From the NCBI GenBank assembly GCA_973895155.1, contig OZ316895.1, forward strand, positions 14,824,816-14,888,815: a stretch of DNA of 64,000 nt, read 5' to 3'. This stretch comes from Marsupella aquatica. Taxonomy: Eukaryota; Plantae; Marchantiophyta. Under the pieces are notes generated by a model. The model had not been told where the DNA came from. It searched no databases and worked only from the letters and a program-made list of their open reading frames with translations. The number at the start of each line of letters is the position of its first letter. The stretch's first letter is position 1. Shown piece by piece: positions 49,414 through 61,086 of the stretch. The position numbers and the translations under genes are program-made.

Positions 49414-52400
49414 CTACAAACCACACATTTCAGGTGTCCCTATGTAATTTGTTGGCCACAACACCAAAGAGTTCAGAGCATCTGCAATAATTGTCTGTGG
49501 CGGGTCATCATTCAAATTAGGAACTGGTAAAGGGGTCTTTGGCTTCACAAGCTTTGTCAACAACACTACAGAATACCCTGTTGGTACTTCTTTGCAATGA
49601 AATGTAATCTGCTCAGGGCGCAATTTTCCATACCCTACACACAACTCATTTTGCTGTGGTGAGAACAATACATACTCAGGATGTGCCTGAGTTTTCAATT
49701 CTGCATCAGCTTTACGCTTCTTTGCCGCTGCCACTCTACCACTTGCCCTGGCCCGACTCTTCACCTTCCGAATAGGTCTCCCAGCAGCTGAAAGCTCTAC
49801 TTCTACTCCACCGTCTGTGGTCACACCCTGTATGTCACCTGGCTGTGATGGAATTTGGATCTCCACCTGGCCCTCCGTTTCGCATCCATTCTCACCGGCT
49901 TTGGCAACTTCTATGAACTCTTCATATGAATCCAAACTGGGGGTATTCAGTACATTGGTAACCTCTGCAATAACAAAATAGCAAGTCAACAGCCTATCAG
50001 CATTTTTGCCTTATCTCCAATCATGGAAACATATAACAAAACACATTTTTTGCCTCATCTCCAATCATGGAAACATGATGAGAAACCTCACCTTCCATTG
50101 CTGGGGCCATGGTACCCTCCACATCCCTTTCTATGGGCTCCACCTCCATTTGCTGTTCAATGTTACCCTCTGGATTCATCAAATTGGAGTAATGTGGCAG
50201 GTCTCTAGAACCTCCATTCCATATTGCATTCATTATACATTTGTATTGGTCTTCTTGCACACGAATAAGCTTCTAAACATCTTTCTTTAAAGCAGTCAAC
50301 TCACTTGCCATTTCACTCAATTTCACGGTCACATCATTCTCATGAGACTCCATACATTTCACACGATCTGATAAATTGCTAAGAGAACATGATCCACCTC
50401 CCTGCAAACACATATGTCCAACAGAGTCAATCCATTACACCTGGTAAATAATATATGGTCCCATTGTTCATGCAAACTAGGGAATGTGGACCTCAAAGAA
50501 CACTATCTGGTATGAGTACTCACTTGGTTTGAAGGATCACTCTGGCCAGATTTTTGCTTCTGTTTTCTTGCTTCAGCTCTCACCTCTTCTTTTGTAGGGG
50601 ACTGTCCATTTTGTGCCTTCTGCATACATCATATTTTCACACATTATTTGCTCGGACACAAAAAAACTCAAATACACTGTAGAAGCTAGGTCTGCCAATC
50701 CAACGATTATTCTTACCAGCTGCTCTACTATCGGAGCATTCCCTTTCCTTCCTGTCAAGTTAAGGTTCTGAACGTTGCCACGTGCATATGCCATCTGGGA
50801 ACTCTTACTCTTGCCGGATTCACTCAAGAAGTGATGGACTAGCTTGCTCCATTGAAGAGGATCTGTCAATGGGGGAGCAGGCATTCTTTGGTCCTCTCCA
50901 CCTTCTTGAAACAATACGTGCAATCTCCACCTCTCATTCTTCAGAATTGTCTTCGCATGAGCCTGAAGACACTCCATGGCTACTCCATCCGGATGGCCCA
51001 CATATTTCCATTTTGCGGCTACATTGTCAACAACTTGTTGCCAATCCGCTCGATGCTGCTGCACAAAATTCACCACACTCAAATCCAGCCATCGCAATAT
51101 TTCACCTTTCAAGTCAGCCAACCAACGATTCTTCCCTGCACATGCACTGTTCACCCAACGGTTGCTCCCAATGTCCACTACTCCTTTCTTGGTTCTGTCA
51201 GGTCCTGCATTGCTTTCTGTGGTACTACTTGGTGTGACAGGTTTAGGATTCGCTAGAACTTTTGTACTACCCTTTAGTGGACTTCTAATGCCCCCTGCAT
51301 CATCCCACATCCATGTGACATCATACAATAGTAACATCAATACCTTTGTATATGTCAAATAGTGGATACCAATTGCAATCTAACTTGCAATGTGACCATC
51401 TTCACAGAATGCCCATCTCCAAGCCATGTGACCAACTTACCAGATGCTTTGCCGACACTCTGTGGATAAGAGGTAGGCTCAACTACCTGTACATCTTCCC
51501 CACCAGCCAACCAATCAGGCTCTGGCCATTGCTCAGAACCATAGGCTACAGTTGTCCCTTGTCCTGCCTCTACTTCAGGTTCATAGTAAACCTCCTTGTC
51601 AGTTACTCCCCAATCAGGATGGACAGAATCTGCAGTCACATAATTCAGCACTTTAATTAGGTCTTTAACATCACACTAGCATACCCTTTATATATTTCCA
51701 AAGTAATTTACATAAATGCCAGAATTGAAGGGCAATCTCTATTCACATCTCCAATCGTCTCCTGTTGCTCCATATTGCTCAGTATGTTGTGTTGGTCTAC
51801 CTTGGCCCCGTGTAATGTGTGGTGGTGGTGGACCTGTAACATACACAACAGTGTGCCCAGCAGGTGGTGGTGGCCCATACCCATCCACTTGTGGGGCTGC
51901 TCTCCCCTGAGAGGGTGCACTGTGTGTTGGTGGTGCGCCATACACCACAGTGTACCCCTCGCTGCGTGGGGTTGCTCTAACCTGACCTGCACCTGTGCTG
52001 TGGGTATGTGTTGTTGCTCTACTTGCAAAGGAGGGTGGGATGTGCCCACCATGTGGTGCAGCTCCATACACAACAGTGTGACCACCTACACCAACAGTTG
52101 TTGTTCCATACCCACTGCTCTATTGGGTTTTACCTGGAGGTGGAGGTGGTATGTGCCCATCACGCCCCATTGGTCCGGACCCACGTGCAATGTAATGCAC
52201 TGTGCTTCGCCCTCCAGATGTTGTTGTACTGTGCCCACGGCCCATACCCCAAGCAGCAAGTCCACCTCTCTTAGCCTGCAAGAACATATGTGCAAGGACA
52301 ATAAACCTAAAAGAAGTATCTTCCTTTGACTTGCCACACTCACATGAGCCAAACATATCACTACTGTGATACACTACTTCAACACTTCATTACCACAATT

Positions 52401-52895
52401 TTGTTGGGCTCCACGACATTATGCTTGCCCTGCACATATTCTTCATCATCTGCATCGGGCTCCTCCTCTGGATAGTACTCTACATCATCAAATTCCTTAT
52501 GGTTTTCACCAGACCCAACATCTTGCCCATCATCTGCAGAATCTGCCATCGATGGAATGTCCTTCACTGCTAGTCTCTCACTACGTCGCCGAGGTCCACT
52601 TGCACTGTCACTGATGCTTTGCCTAGCCCTTTTCTGCACTACACTTCTCCTGTCTGGGAGCCTGCATGCCATCCAAAAGCAACATCCATTGAACAACTCT
52701 AGTAAACATAGCTACATTCATTCCAATTAATGAGCAAAGTCTGGATAGGTTCTGTGGATGATAATTGTTCCCTTACAAAGCGGAAAATCCCTGTCTGAGC
52801 TCAGCTCCCAAATCTGCCAGCCTCTCATCAACATATGCTGCACATATCATGGCTTGCTTTTCAGACTCACTCATCTCATCATCATCTTCTTCCAT
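49414..52895 (-). pseudogene. TnpA-like gene, copy B
   Basis: Mirror of 10013-13529; in-frame TAG near 50275 and another in the Gly/Pro-rich exon near 52121. Confidence 0.75.
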
Positions 52896-52913
52896 CCTAT
52901 TCAATGACAAACA

Positions 52914-55900
52914 TTATTGCATACGCATGGTGTCAGGCTCAGCCTCTACAAATGGCTCCTCACCCTCCCAAGCATCCACCCGTGTTAGAGGAACATACTC
53001 TGTGCTTGTCTGAACAGTACCAACGTCTCCAGTACGTGGTTGTTCAAATGCACTATGTCTATCTAGATGGAACTCTAGCTTTGACCCTTCTACCCTACGA
53101 TTTCTGGGCTGCTTATGACACACTACCCTCCAACCTGGGTTCTCTTCCACATCCAAGAAGAAGGCCTGCTCCACCTGACTGGGATACACAAAAGGCTGCT
53201 CCCATTCGGGCAACTTGGACTTGAAATTGGCAAGCAGAAAGCCATCCCGGTCTCTTTTCATACTGGCCCTGTTACCACGCCACACTTGTCTTACCCATTC
53301 ACCCTTCATCAAAATTACAGGAGTGGATGTGGCTCCATAGTCAAGAAGCCAGATATCACTTAGTTCTCCTACATACCCCATCTGCAACACTCCTCTACTT
53401 TCATCAGGGCTCTCATGCTGAAATACACAAATGAGCCCGCAATCATATGTTACCCTGGAAGAAGTTGTTTCATCTCTCACTCTATAGTGATTGCCATATG
53501 CTGCCATCCGTTTGTAAGACTTTACCAGCAACCGTGGAGGATTGGACAGGAGATAGACATCTGCATCCATATTAGGATGGCTTACATGATGCTCTCGAAC
53601 TGTGCATCTCAGCCATTCTGACATGCATGGGAATGTGACAGACGTGCTTGATTGAATAGCCTTTTGTGCCTCGTACTCTCTACACATACAAGTGCATGGA
53701 TTTAGCAATCAGAGTACACATTTTATACATGTCTGAAATTTAGAAACCAAGGGTAGCAAAGAAAATTGAAAACAAGTTACATACAGGGAGACCAAAGTAG
53801 GTACTCACTCCAGCCAGGGTTGCATTGCATCAGTGTTTTCTAGAACGTACTGATGAGCCAAGTCTCTAATTTCGATGGTCAGCTTCACTGTGGTTGCAGC
53901 ACCTTGTAGGACTTCCCCAGACACCCCTTCTTCTTCATCAGAATTCCATACTCGCCTTGTCACATGCTCGTAATCTGCTAGGTACTCTGTGATGTAGCCC
54001 AGAGTTTCATCTTTTATATAACCCCGAGCCATACTTGCCTCTGGCCTATAGTAAGATCGCACATGACCCTTCATCAACTTCATGTACCGCTCCAGGGGGT
54101 ACAACCAGCGTGCTGTCACCGGCCCGTACTGGTCTATTTCTTCCACGACATGGATGAGCAGATGAGTCATTACATCAAAGAATGTAGGCGGGAAATATAT
54201 TTCAAGATCACAAAACAATAGTGCCACATCTTTCTTCAATTGGGGAAACTGTGCAGCATCCCACACCTTCACACAAACTCTGCGGAACACATCACTCAGA
54301 CGCAGTATAACTTTACGCACAGGCTCTTGCATGAGGCCCCTCAGGCACAATGGCAGGACTTGTTGCATCATGACATGGTAGTCATGGGTTTCATTCTACC
54401 AAATTGGAATTTGTTATCCTTCACATGCCTCTTGAATGCACTAGCATGATCTGTAGGAGCTCGGAGTGAACTTAGCCTTGTAAGAAGGTCTGCCACTCTG
54501 TGTCTGTGCAACAATATGGTGCTTGGTACTTCAAAAACACATTTGCCCTGCTCTGGTGTGTTGTAAGCCAAAGGTGGGGTCGAATTCCCCTGTCCTGTAG
54601 ATCCATACGTACAGAGCCCGTGTCCTTTTCTCCACTCAAAAATTGGAGTAGACTCGCGCATATGTTCTTCTCTATGTGCATAACATCAATATTATGTTTG
54701 TTTGGATCAAACTCCTGCAACTCCAAAACATCAAGCAGTGAGCAAATCTCAATCTTCATAATACATACATACTACTTCATACAATCTAAACTAAATTGAC
54801 TGAATCACATATATGGGTTGTTGGGGAGAGGAGATTACTCGCCAATACTCTAGCTGCATGTCCAAAATGGACTGTCGTTTCACACCATACAACCTTGCAG
54901 GATCTCGTACTCCATCCTCTGCTCCTCCATCTGCATCATACTGTGCCTTGGCAGCCCCCCAAGAACTTATTTTCTCCTTCTTCACTCGAGGTGGGGGACT
55001 GCGGAGCTCCGTGCGCTTGTTAAAATGTGCTATAAGATTGGGTCTACGTCTGTAGGGGTGATCAGAGGGCAGAAATCGACGGTGACCAAGGTATTTGATA
55101 CACTTGAAGGACTTTGAATAGTCACTTGTCACATGGGGGCCACATCTTGTGCAAGCTAAATATCCTTTCCCAACCTGGCCTGCAATCATGCTATGGGCAG
55201 GGTAATCTGCAATAGTCAACATTACAATAGCTCTAAGCAAGAATGGATTGGCTTCACCAATCCTCTACAGCATATCATATGTGAGCACTCCAGTGTACCA
55301 TAGCTTTCTCAGTTCCTCTACTAGAGGAGCAAGATAGACATCTATATTGGCTGCAACAGCACTGTCTGGCCCTGGAATCAACAATGCCAACATTACAAAG
55401 AACCGCTTTGTAGTCAACCATGGGGGAAGGTTGTAATTCAAAAGGGTTACATGCCAACAAGAGTACGCATTGTTCTTCTCACCAAATGGGTTCACCCCAT
55501 CCAATGATAACCCAAGCCTAACATTCCTTGTCTCCCTAGCAAACTCAGGATACACATCATCAATCAACTTCCATTGCTTTGAATCTCCAGCATGGCGTTG
55601 TAGCCCATCTCGACTTTTGTTCTTAGCTGTCCATGTCATCAACTCTGATATGGCACGGCTCCTGAACATTCGCTGCAGTCTGAGAATTATAGGAAAGTGA
55701 CGGAGTACTTTTGCAGGTTGCTTGGACTTCCCATTGTTCCGGTACCTGTGCTTCCCACATGTAGGGCATGTCAACTTCTTCTGATGTTCGTTTCTGAAAA
55801 GAACATGCCCATCAGGACAGACATGTATTGACTCATAGTTCAGCCCAAGTTTTGATATCAGTCTCTTTGCCTCGTACATGTTTTTTGGCACTAGATTACC

Positions 55901-56655
55901 TCCTGGTAGCACTGTTTTCTGCAAGAAGGCCAGAACCTCAGACACAAAGATGTTTGGCACATTGTGGTTCCCACAAATATTCAGAAACATTAGCACAAAT
56001 GCTAATTTGGAACACTTGCTTCCTGGGAACAGCGGATTGAAGGCCTCCTGAACTTCGGTTGGGGAGCCAAACATGGTGTCCTCTCCAGCTGTACCTGTTG
56101 CCCAATCTCAAACTCATCTGAAGACTCGTGGTCATCACCCGGTGCGGTCTCAAACTCTTCTGCATCTTCCATGTCCTCCCGCATTGCATCCATATCCTGG
56201 AAAATATCCTGCACCATTTGCTGAACATTGATCCCTTCGTCTGCAGGCTGCTGAAGGACTTCAGACCCACCCAGTTGAGTCATCACATCTGCCAACCCAC
56301 CAGTGAAGAACTGGTCTCGCCTTGCACTATTTGCATTCTCAAAGTCAGCCCTCCATTCCTCATATGAAGAATCAGCCTCATTCGGATCGTTTGTAACACG
56401 CCAACGAGGGTGTCTCCCATGAATTGCCAAGTGCCCATGAATCTGCCTCAAGACTCTGGTGTGGGAGCCATTGCATTGAGTGCAAGGACATCTCATTCGT
56501 GAACTTGGACCTGACCGTGCCACTTTGGCCTATTCCCCATTCCAGAGCTTCTGGTCGTGTTGGGAAACCCTCATTGGATGATGTAGAGGCAACCTGGCAG
56601 ATGTTGGATGGGTCCAAGGGGGAGGGTGACCTACAGACACTCTTCTAGACTCCAT
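52914..56655 (-). pseudogene. TnpD/Tnp2 transposase, copy B, disrupted
   Basis: Mirror of 6255-9994; its own stops (~56531, 55265) and frameshifts (~56095, ~54480, ~54388). Confidence 0.92.
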
Positions 56656-57042
56656 CTTAGAGTTCAGAACACAGGCACTCAGATTTAATTGTCATTTCAT
56701 TATGAAAGTGGAAAATACATTTCTTGTTTAGTTGTGTTCCGATGTTCACACTATCTACCAAAACATATGACATGATATAGTGTAATAAATCATGCATAGA
56801 CTTTCTACAACCACCAACAAAAACAAGAAAGGTTCCTGAATCGTGTACCTATTCTCAGGTCACACTGTAACAAAATTCCTAACTGTCTCAGGGTGTCACC
56901 TCCTTCGCTGTCCTCACTTATACTGCCTCAGTCTGCAATGGCCAACCAAGCACGTACATCCATGACCATATCAGAGTCCAATCACCTATAGTCATAGACA
57001 AACGTGCCTGGTGTGAGAGCAGTATGAGATCTCCTCACATTA

Positions 57043-57645
57043 TTACCAGAGTTCATCTGGATACCCACCCTGTTCTCGATGGTAGTCACACCTGAGGTAC
57101 ACTGGCATGTACATCAGGTCATCAAGGAGTATGCCCTGGGCATACCAGGGTGGGGTTCGATCTGTGCCTACAAGAAGTGGTTCTAATGCCCTCCACTGGG
57201 GGGAGCTAGCTACCAAGTCCCTCCATTGTGTGCTAATTAGTCTATATTTGCAAATGTCTTGTGCGGTTGACCACTGAAGAATTCTGGGCCACACATCCGA
57301 CAACATTATATCATCTGGCAAACCAGGCAACAAGGAAGTCCCCACAACATTCTGCTCTTCAATTTCATCTGCTGAAAAATAAGATTCATCGTCTCTTGCA
57401 TCCTCAGGCGGTGTTGAAATATGTTTCAACACCAACCCATGCAGGAGAGTCCAAACAGTGGCCAGCCATGTGGCAACCCGGAGGAGGAGCCTACATAGCG
57501 CCTGTTGATGTAGGAAAGGCAACATACCCACCAAAGTCTGCCGCCAAGATTTGAGCCCACCCAGTAAGTTTACAGTGACACCCCCAGGCCCAGCAAGAAA
57601 CCACAATCCGCCAACAGTAAAATAAGTCCAACTGCGACCAACCAT
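57043..57645 (-). CDS. F-box protein (200-aa open frame; true start may be downstream), copy B
   Basis: SLLPGLPDDIMLSDVWPRI..DICKYRLISTQWRDLVAS fits the plant F-box consensus (L.PGLPDD....L...R.VS..W..L..S). Confidence 0.7.
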   Translation of the reverse strand: MVGRSWTYFTVGGLWFLAGPGGVTVNLLGGLKSWRQTLVGMLPFLHQQALCRLLLRVATWLATVWTLLHGLVLKHISTPPEDARDDESYFSADEIEEQNVVGTSLLPGLPDDIMLSDVWPRILQWSTAQDICKYRLISTQWRDLVASSPQWRALEPLLVGTDRTPPWYAQGILLDDLMYMPVYLRCDYHREQGGYPDELW

Positions 57646-57736
57646 AACAAGCTACGTTAGTTCAAATATCACATTTATTTCAAAGATGTGATTTGTACAC
57701 AAAGCTTGTCTCAAAACTGATGCTACTACGTACTCC

Positions 57737-58609
57737 TCACTCTGATTCAGAATCGCTAATAACCTCTTCCTCACTTGTTGTCACATAGTTTTCACTGTGA
57801 GGATCCAGACCCTTCCGTGGCCAGGCCTCAAAAAGATCATAGTCCATTGGGTTTTGACGCTTCCCAGCTGCTACTGATTCCACAAGCCAAGCATATGAAA
57901 CCACAAACACATTATGGGACATGACATAAAAGCGAATGTCACCCTTCCCAAACTTGCGGCAGGCTTTGGGATATGACTTAGTAATGACATGAGTGGTGTC
58001 CTCTGTTATATTCTCCTCCACTGTCCCACCTAGGTCAAGCACTGTGGACTTGTACACTTTGCACTTAACCTCTCCAATTCCTGCCTCCACAAAAACCATG
58101 CTCAGCCCTTTCAGAATGGGGGTTGGTTGCTTCATCTCCTCAGCCAACATACTCTTCAGCCTTCTTGAGCTTTGTCCTTTGTTGAGTACAGGTCCATATT
58201 GGACATCAGCAAGCCGTGCCTTTGCTTCCCAGACTTCTTGTTCAGCCCAAGCTGATGCAGTAGCTTCTTCATCCTCCCATAGTTCATATTGCTTAGTATC
58301 CTGTACAATCTGATGTGCTATGGAATCTGTGATCCAAGAGGCCTCAACTACTTTTAGGCCTCGCTCAGTAATTGCAGAATTCATGTAGGACCATGACCAT
58401 TTCTTTATCACTGATAGCCATGTCCCTGCAACAACATGTGTAGTCTCTGGAGTGATGTCCTACACTACAGTGCCATGGAGCTCAGAGAATCGTTTCTGTA
58501 CAGTTGGCCAATGCACTTTGGTCAACCCATGCTGGCCATGGACCAAAATGGCTCTGACCCCTGTAAACACTGCTGGGTGGTCACACTTTCTATGTTTCCC
58601 AGGCTCCAT
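57737..58609 (-). pseudogene. Tandem-BRCT protein, copy B (TAG at 58460-58462)
   Basis: Mirror of 4302-5174; consensus 290 aa. Confidence 0.8.
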
Positions 58610-59205
58610 GTACACACACCCTACGTGATCAGAGTGAATATTGGAAGAGTGGGTTCACCTGCCAATAAAAGGACACCAAAATTCCTGCTTTTTAAGTTGA
58701 TCCGGTCCACTGTTGCTCAAGTCCAATTTTGATAGGTACAGGGGATATGTGAACAATAAGTACTAGGCACCTGCACCGATGCAGGACATTGTTTGAGTAT
58801 ATACCAGGAAATCCATATCAAAGGTGAAATGAAGTGCAACCAACTTGTCATGGCCGCACATACATATTTTGTTGTAAAGGAGGATACATTCAATGACAAA
58901 CTTATAGGGCAATTTGATTAATTGCATGCCTGATAATTCATATGCTTACAACTTTGAAGTCCTGTTTTAATTTAGCAGTCTGATGAGAGTGTTTGTGAAA
59001 ATGACCACTCAGCCTAAATACTTCCAAGAAGGCTTGTTAGGATAAGTTTTTATAGGCATGTACCCAGCCACTGATGCTATAGCATAGGATAAGTGCTGCC
59101 TATACAAACTTGCCTACCCAACTCCTTTTCAAAATTGGAATCTCTGCAATCCCCCAAAAATAGTACACCCACATCAGGTGCCCTGTGCATGTACAATATT
59201 CAGCT

Positions 59206-59886
59206 TCATAGCCAAGATATGTGATCTCTCACAGGAGTGCGCGAGGTAGGATCAATGGCATGGCGATGACAATAAAATATCCATCGATCAACACCATGTG
59301 CAGAGTGATCATAGATTTCTCTGTCACAAGCATAACCCTCTGCTTGACGATCTTTCAAGCAATGATAGTGCCACATAGTGGGACACCTAGCACAGTGGAC
59401 TATGTCAGCCCAGTACTCATCATTATGCTCACCACATGCCTTGCACCTATGAAGTGGGCAAGCTGTGGCATGAGCAGGCAAACACTCAAAACAGAAAAAC
59501 CTCACACAAAAACGGTTTGGACATTTCCTAACATCCGGTGCAGCATCAACAGAGCCCTCATAGGACCCCAACTTCCCACACTGTGCACACTTAGCTTGCT
59601 TCTCCAAACAATCAGTGCACATCCAGTCTCCCTGGTGTGTTGACGGGAGGCCCACCCCTGGACAATTGTTTTCTGCAGCAAGGTGAGACTCCGAGTTGAG
59701 GTGGAAATGCCTCATGCAAGGGCCCTCACAGATGACCAAGCTCCCACCATCGTCACAAATGGCACAACAATGAGCTGCCTTCTGGAAAATTTGACTTGCA
59801 GAGAAGTTAGTAACGTGTGGCCCAGGTACACCTGTGTTGCTCACCTCTATCACACGCTTTTTCGCTGGAATTTTGGGGCATGCCAT
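59206..59886 (-). CDS. EDM2-like composite PHD-finger protein, 226 aa, open in copy B
   Basis: Cys/His pattern from CAICDDGG to WIFYCHRHAIDPTSRTPVRDHISWL; no stop or frameshift. Confidence 0.85.
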   Translation of the reverse strand: MACPKIPAKKRVIEVSNTGVPGPHVTNFSASQIFQKAAHCCAICDDGGSLVICEGPCMRHFHLNSESHLAAENNCPGVGLPSTHQGDWMCTDCLEKQAKCAQCGKLGSYEGSVDAAPDVRKCPNRFCVRFFCFECLPAHATACPLHRCKACGEHNDEYWADIVHCARCPTMWHYHCLKDRQAEGYACDREIYDHSAHGVDRWIFYCHRHAIDPTSRTPVRDHISWL

Positions 59887-60636
59887 GCCTACGCATGAGA
59901 CAAATAGTACAATTAAGTAGACAATACAGGCAATACATTTTGGCAGACTTTACAGACAATATATTCTAGCAGACTTCACAGAAAGTAAAATTTAGCATTT
60001 AAGGTACAACGGCAACTTATACTGCAATGAATTGCAATGGCCACACAAGGATGCAGGGCAGACATACTTTTGGTATGTTGAGCCCACACACAAAACTGAT
60101 CTCCTAGTACAATTGCTCCACCAGCACCTCAATTTCATGGCTATGATTCACCAAAAAAGATCTGCAACAACATTTCATGCATTTGAATCACATACAATAG
60201 TCATCACATGAAAAACAGGCATTTTTCCAACAAGATTGGGATCAAGTAGTGTGACGAGGGTTGTACTTTATACATCCTATATAGGCTATGATAGTGAGAC
60301 AAATAAGTTTGAATACGTGACTGTATGGGATGTTTGCAGGTTATGACATGGCCCATTAATTCTGTCATATAATGTTACAATGTTGGCCAAGTTAAAGCAG
60401 TCATTCAAGCAGTCTTTCATTGGAGAATTTAAAGAGAGCTTGCTTAATTCTTACATTAGGATATTCCACTTAGTGCAGCCAAATTAGGATAAGTTATATA
60501 CTATGGATCCTAAACCCTGCACCCAAAATTGCTCAAACTTCAAAATTTTAAATAATTATCCACGGTGCTTAAGTCAGAGCATTAAGTTATAGGTCATTGC
60601 ACTCTGGTCTGTGCATACGGTGTGACAAGTGCTCCT

Positions 60637-61086
60637 CTACAGCGTGTGATCCAAACATGTGTAGACACCAAACGCACCGGTGGTGGGGTCTGGGAGGCCA
60701 GGACAAGTGACATCGCCAGGCACACTACAGGATGGCGAGTGGTTCCAGATGATACATTGTGCTCTATGCAAAAATTGACACCCAAGAGAACGGTCATCCA
60801 ACTCTGGGCTAGAAGCCCGACAGGCAGGACAGTCATATTGGCAGCTGTGTACACACCCTTGGGCCCTAATTTGTGGCGGGTCATGTACAAGAGACAGAAA
60901 TACCAAGGATGTTGGGAAGGGTAGAGAAGCAGGTACAGGCCGACTGTAGTTATTCCTGGCAACAATAGGGTACTCAAAGTACCATGCAGACTGGGCAGGA
61001 AGGATCCCAAGTCTCACATACTCAAGGCGCAACCTCTCTGCCTTGCGTGCAAGCCGCACATGTTCAGCATTGCGGGTGCTCACCAT
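60637..61086 (-). CDS. CACTA cargo ORF-X, copy B
   Basis: Mirror of 1825-2274, open. Confidence 0.4.
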   Translation of the reverse strand: MVSTRNAEHVRLARKAERLRLEYVRLGILPAQSAWYFEYPIVARNNYSRPVPASLPFPTSLVFLSLVHDPPQIRAQGCVHSCQYDCPACRASSPELDDRSLGCQFLHRAQCIIWNHSPSCSVPGDVTCPGLPDPTTGAFGVYTCLDHTL

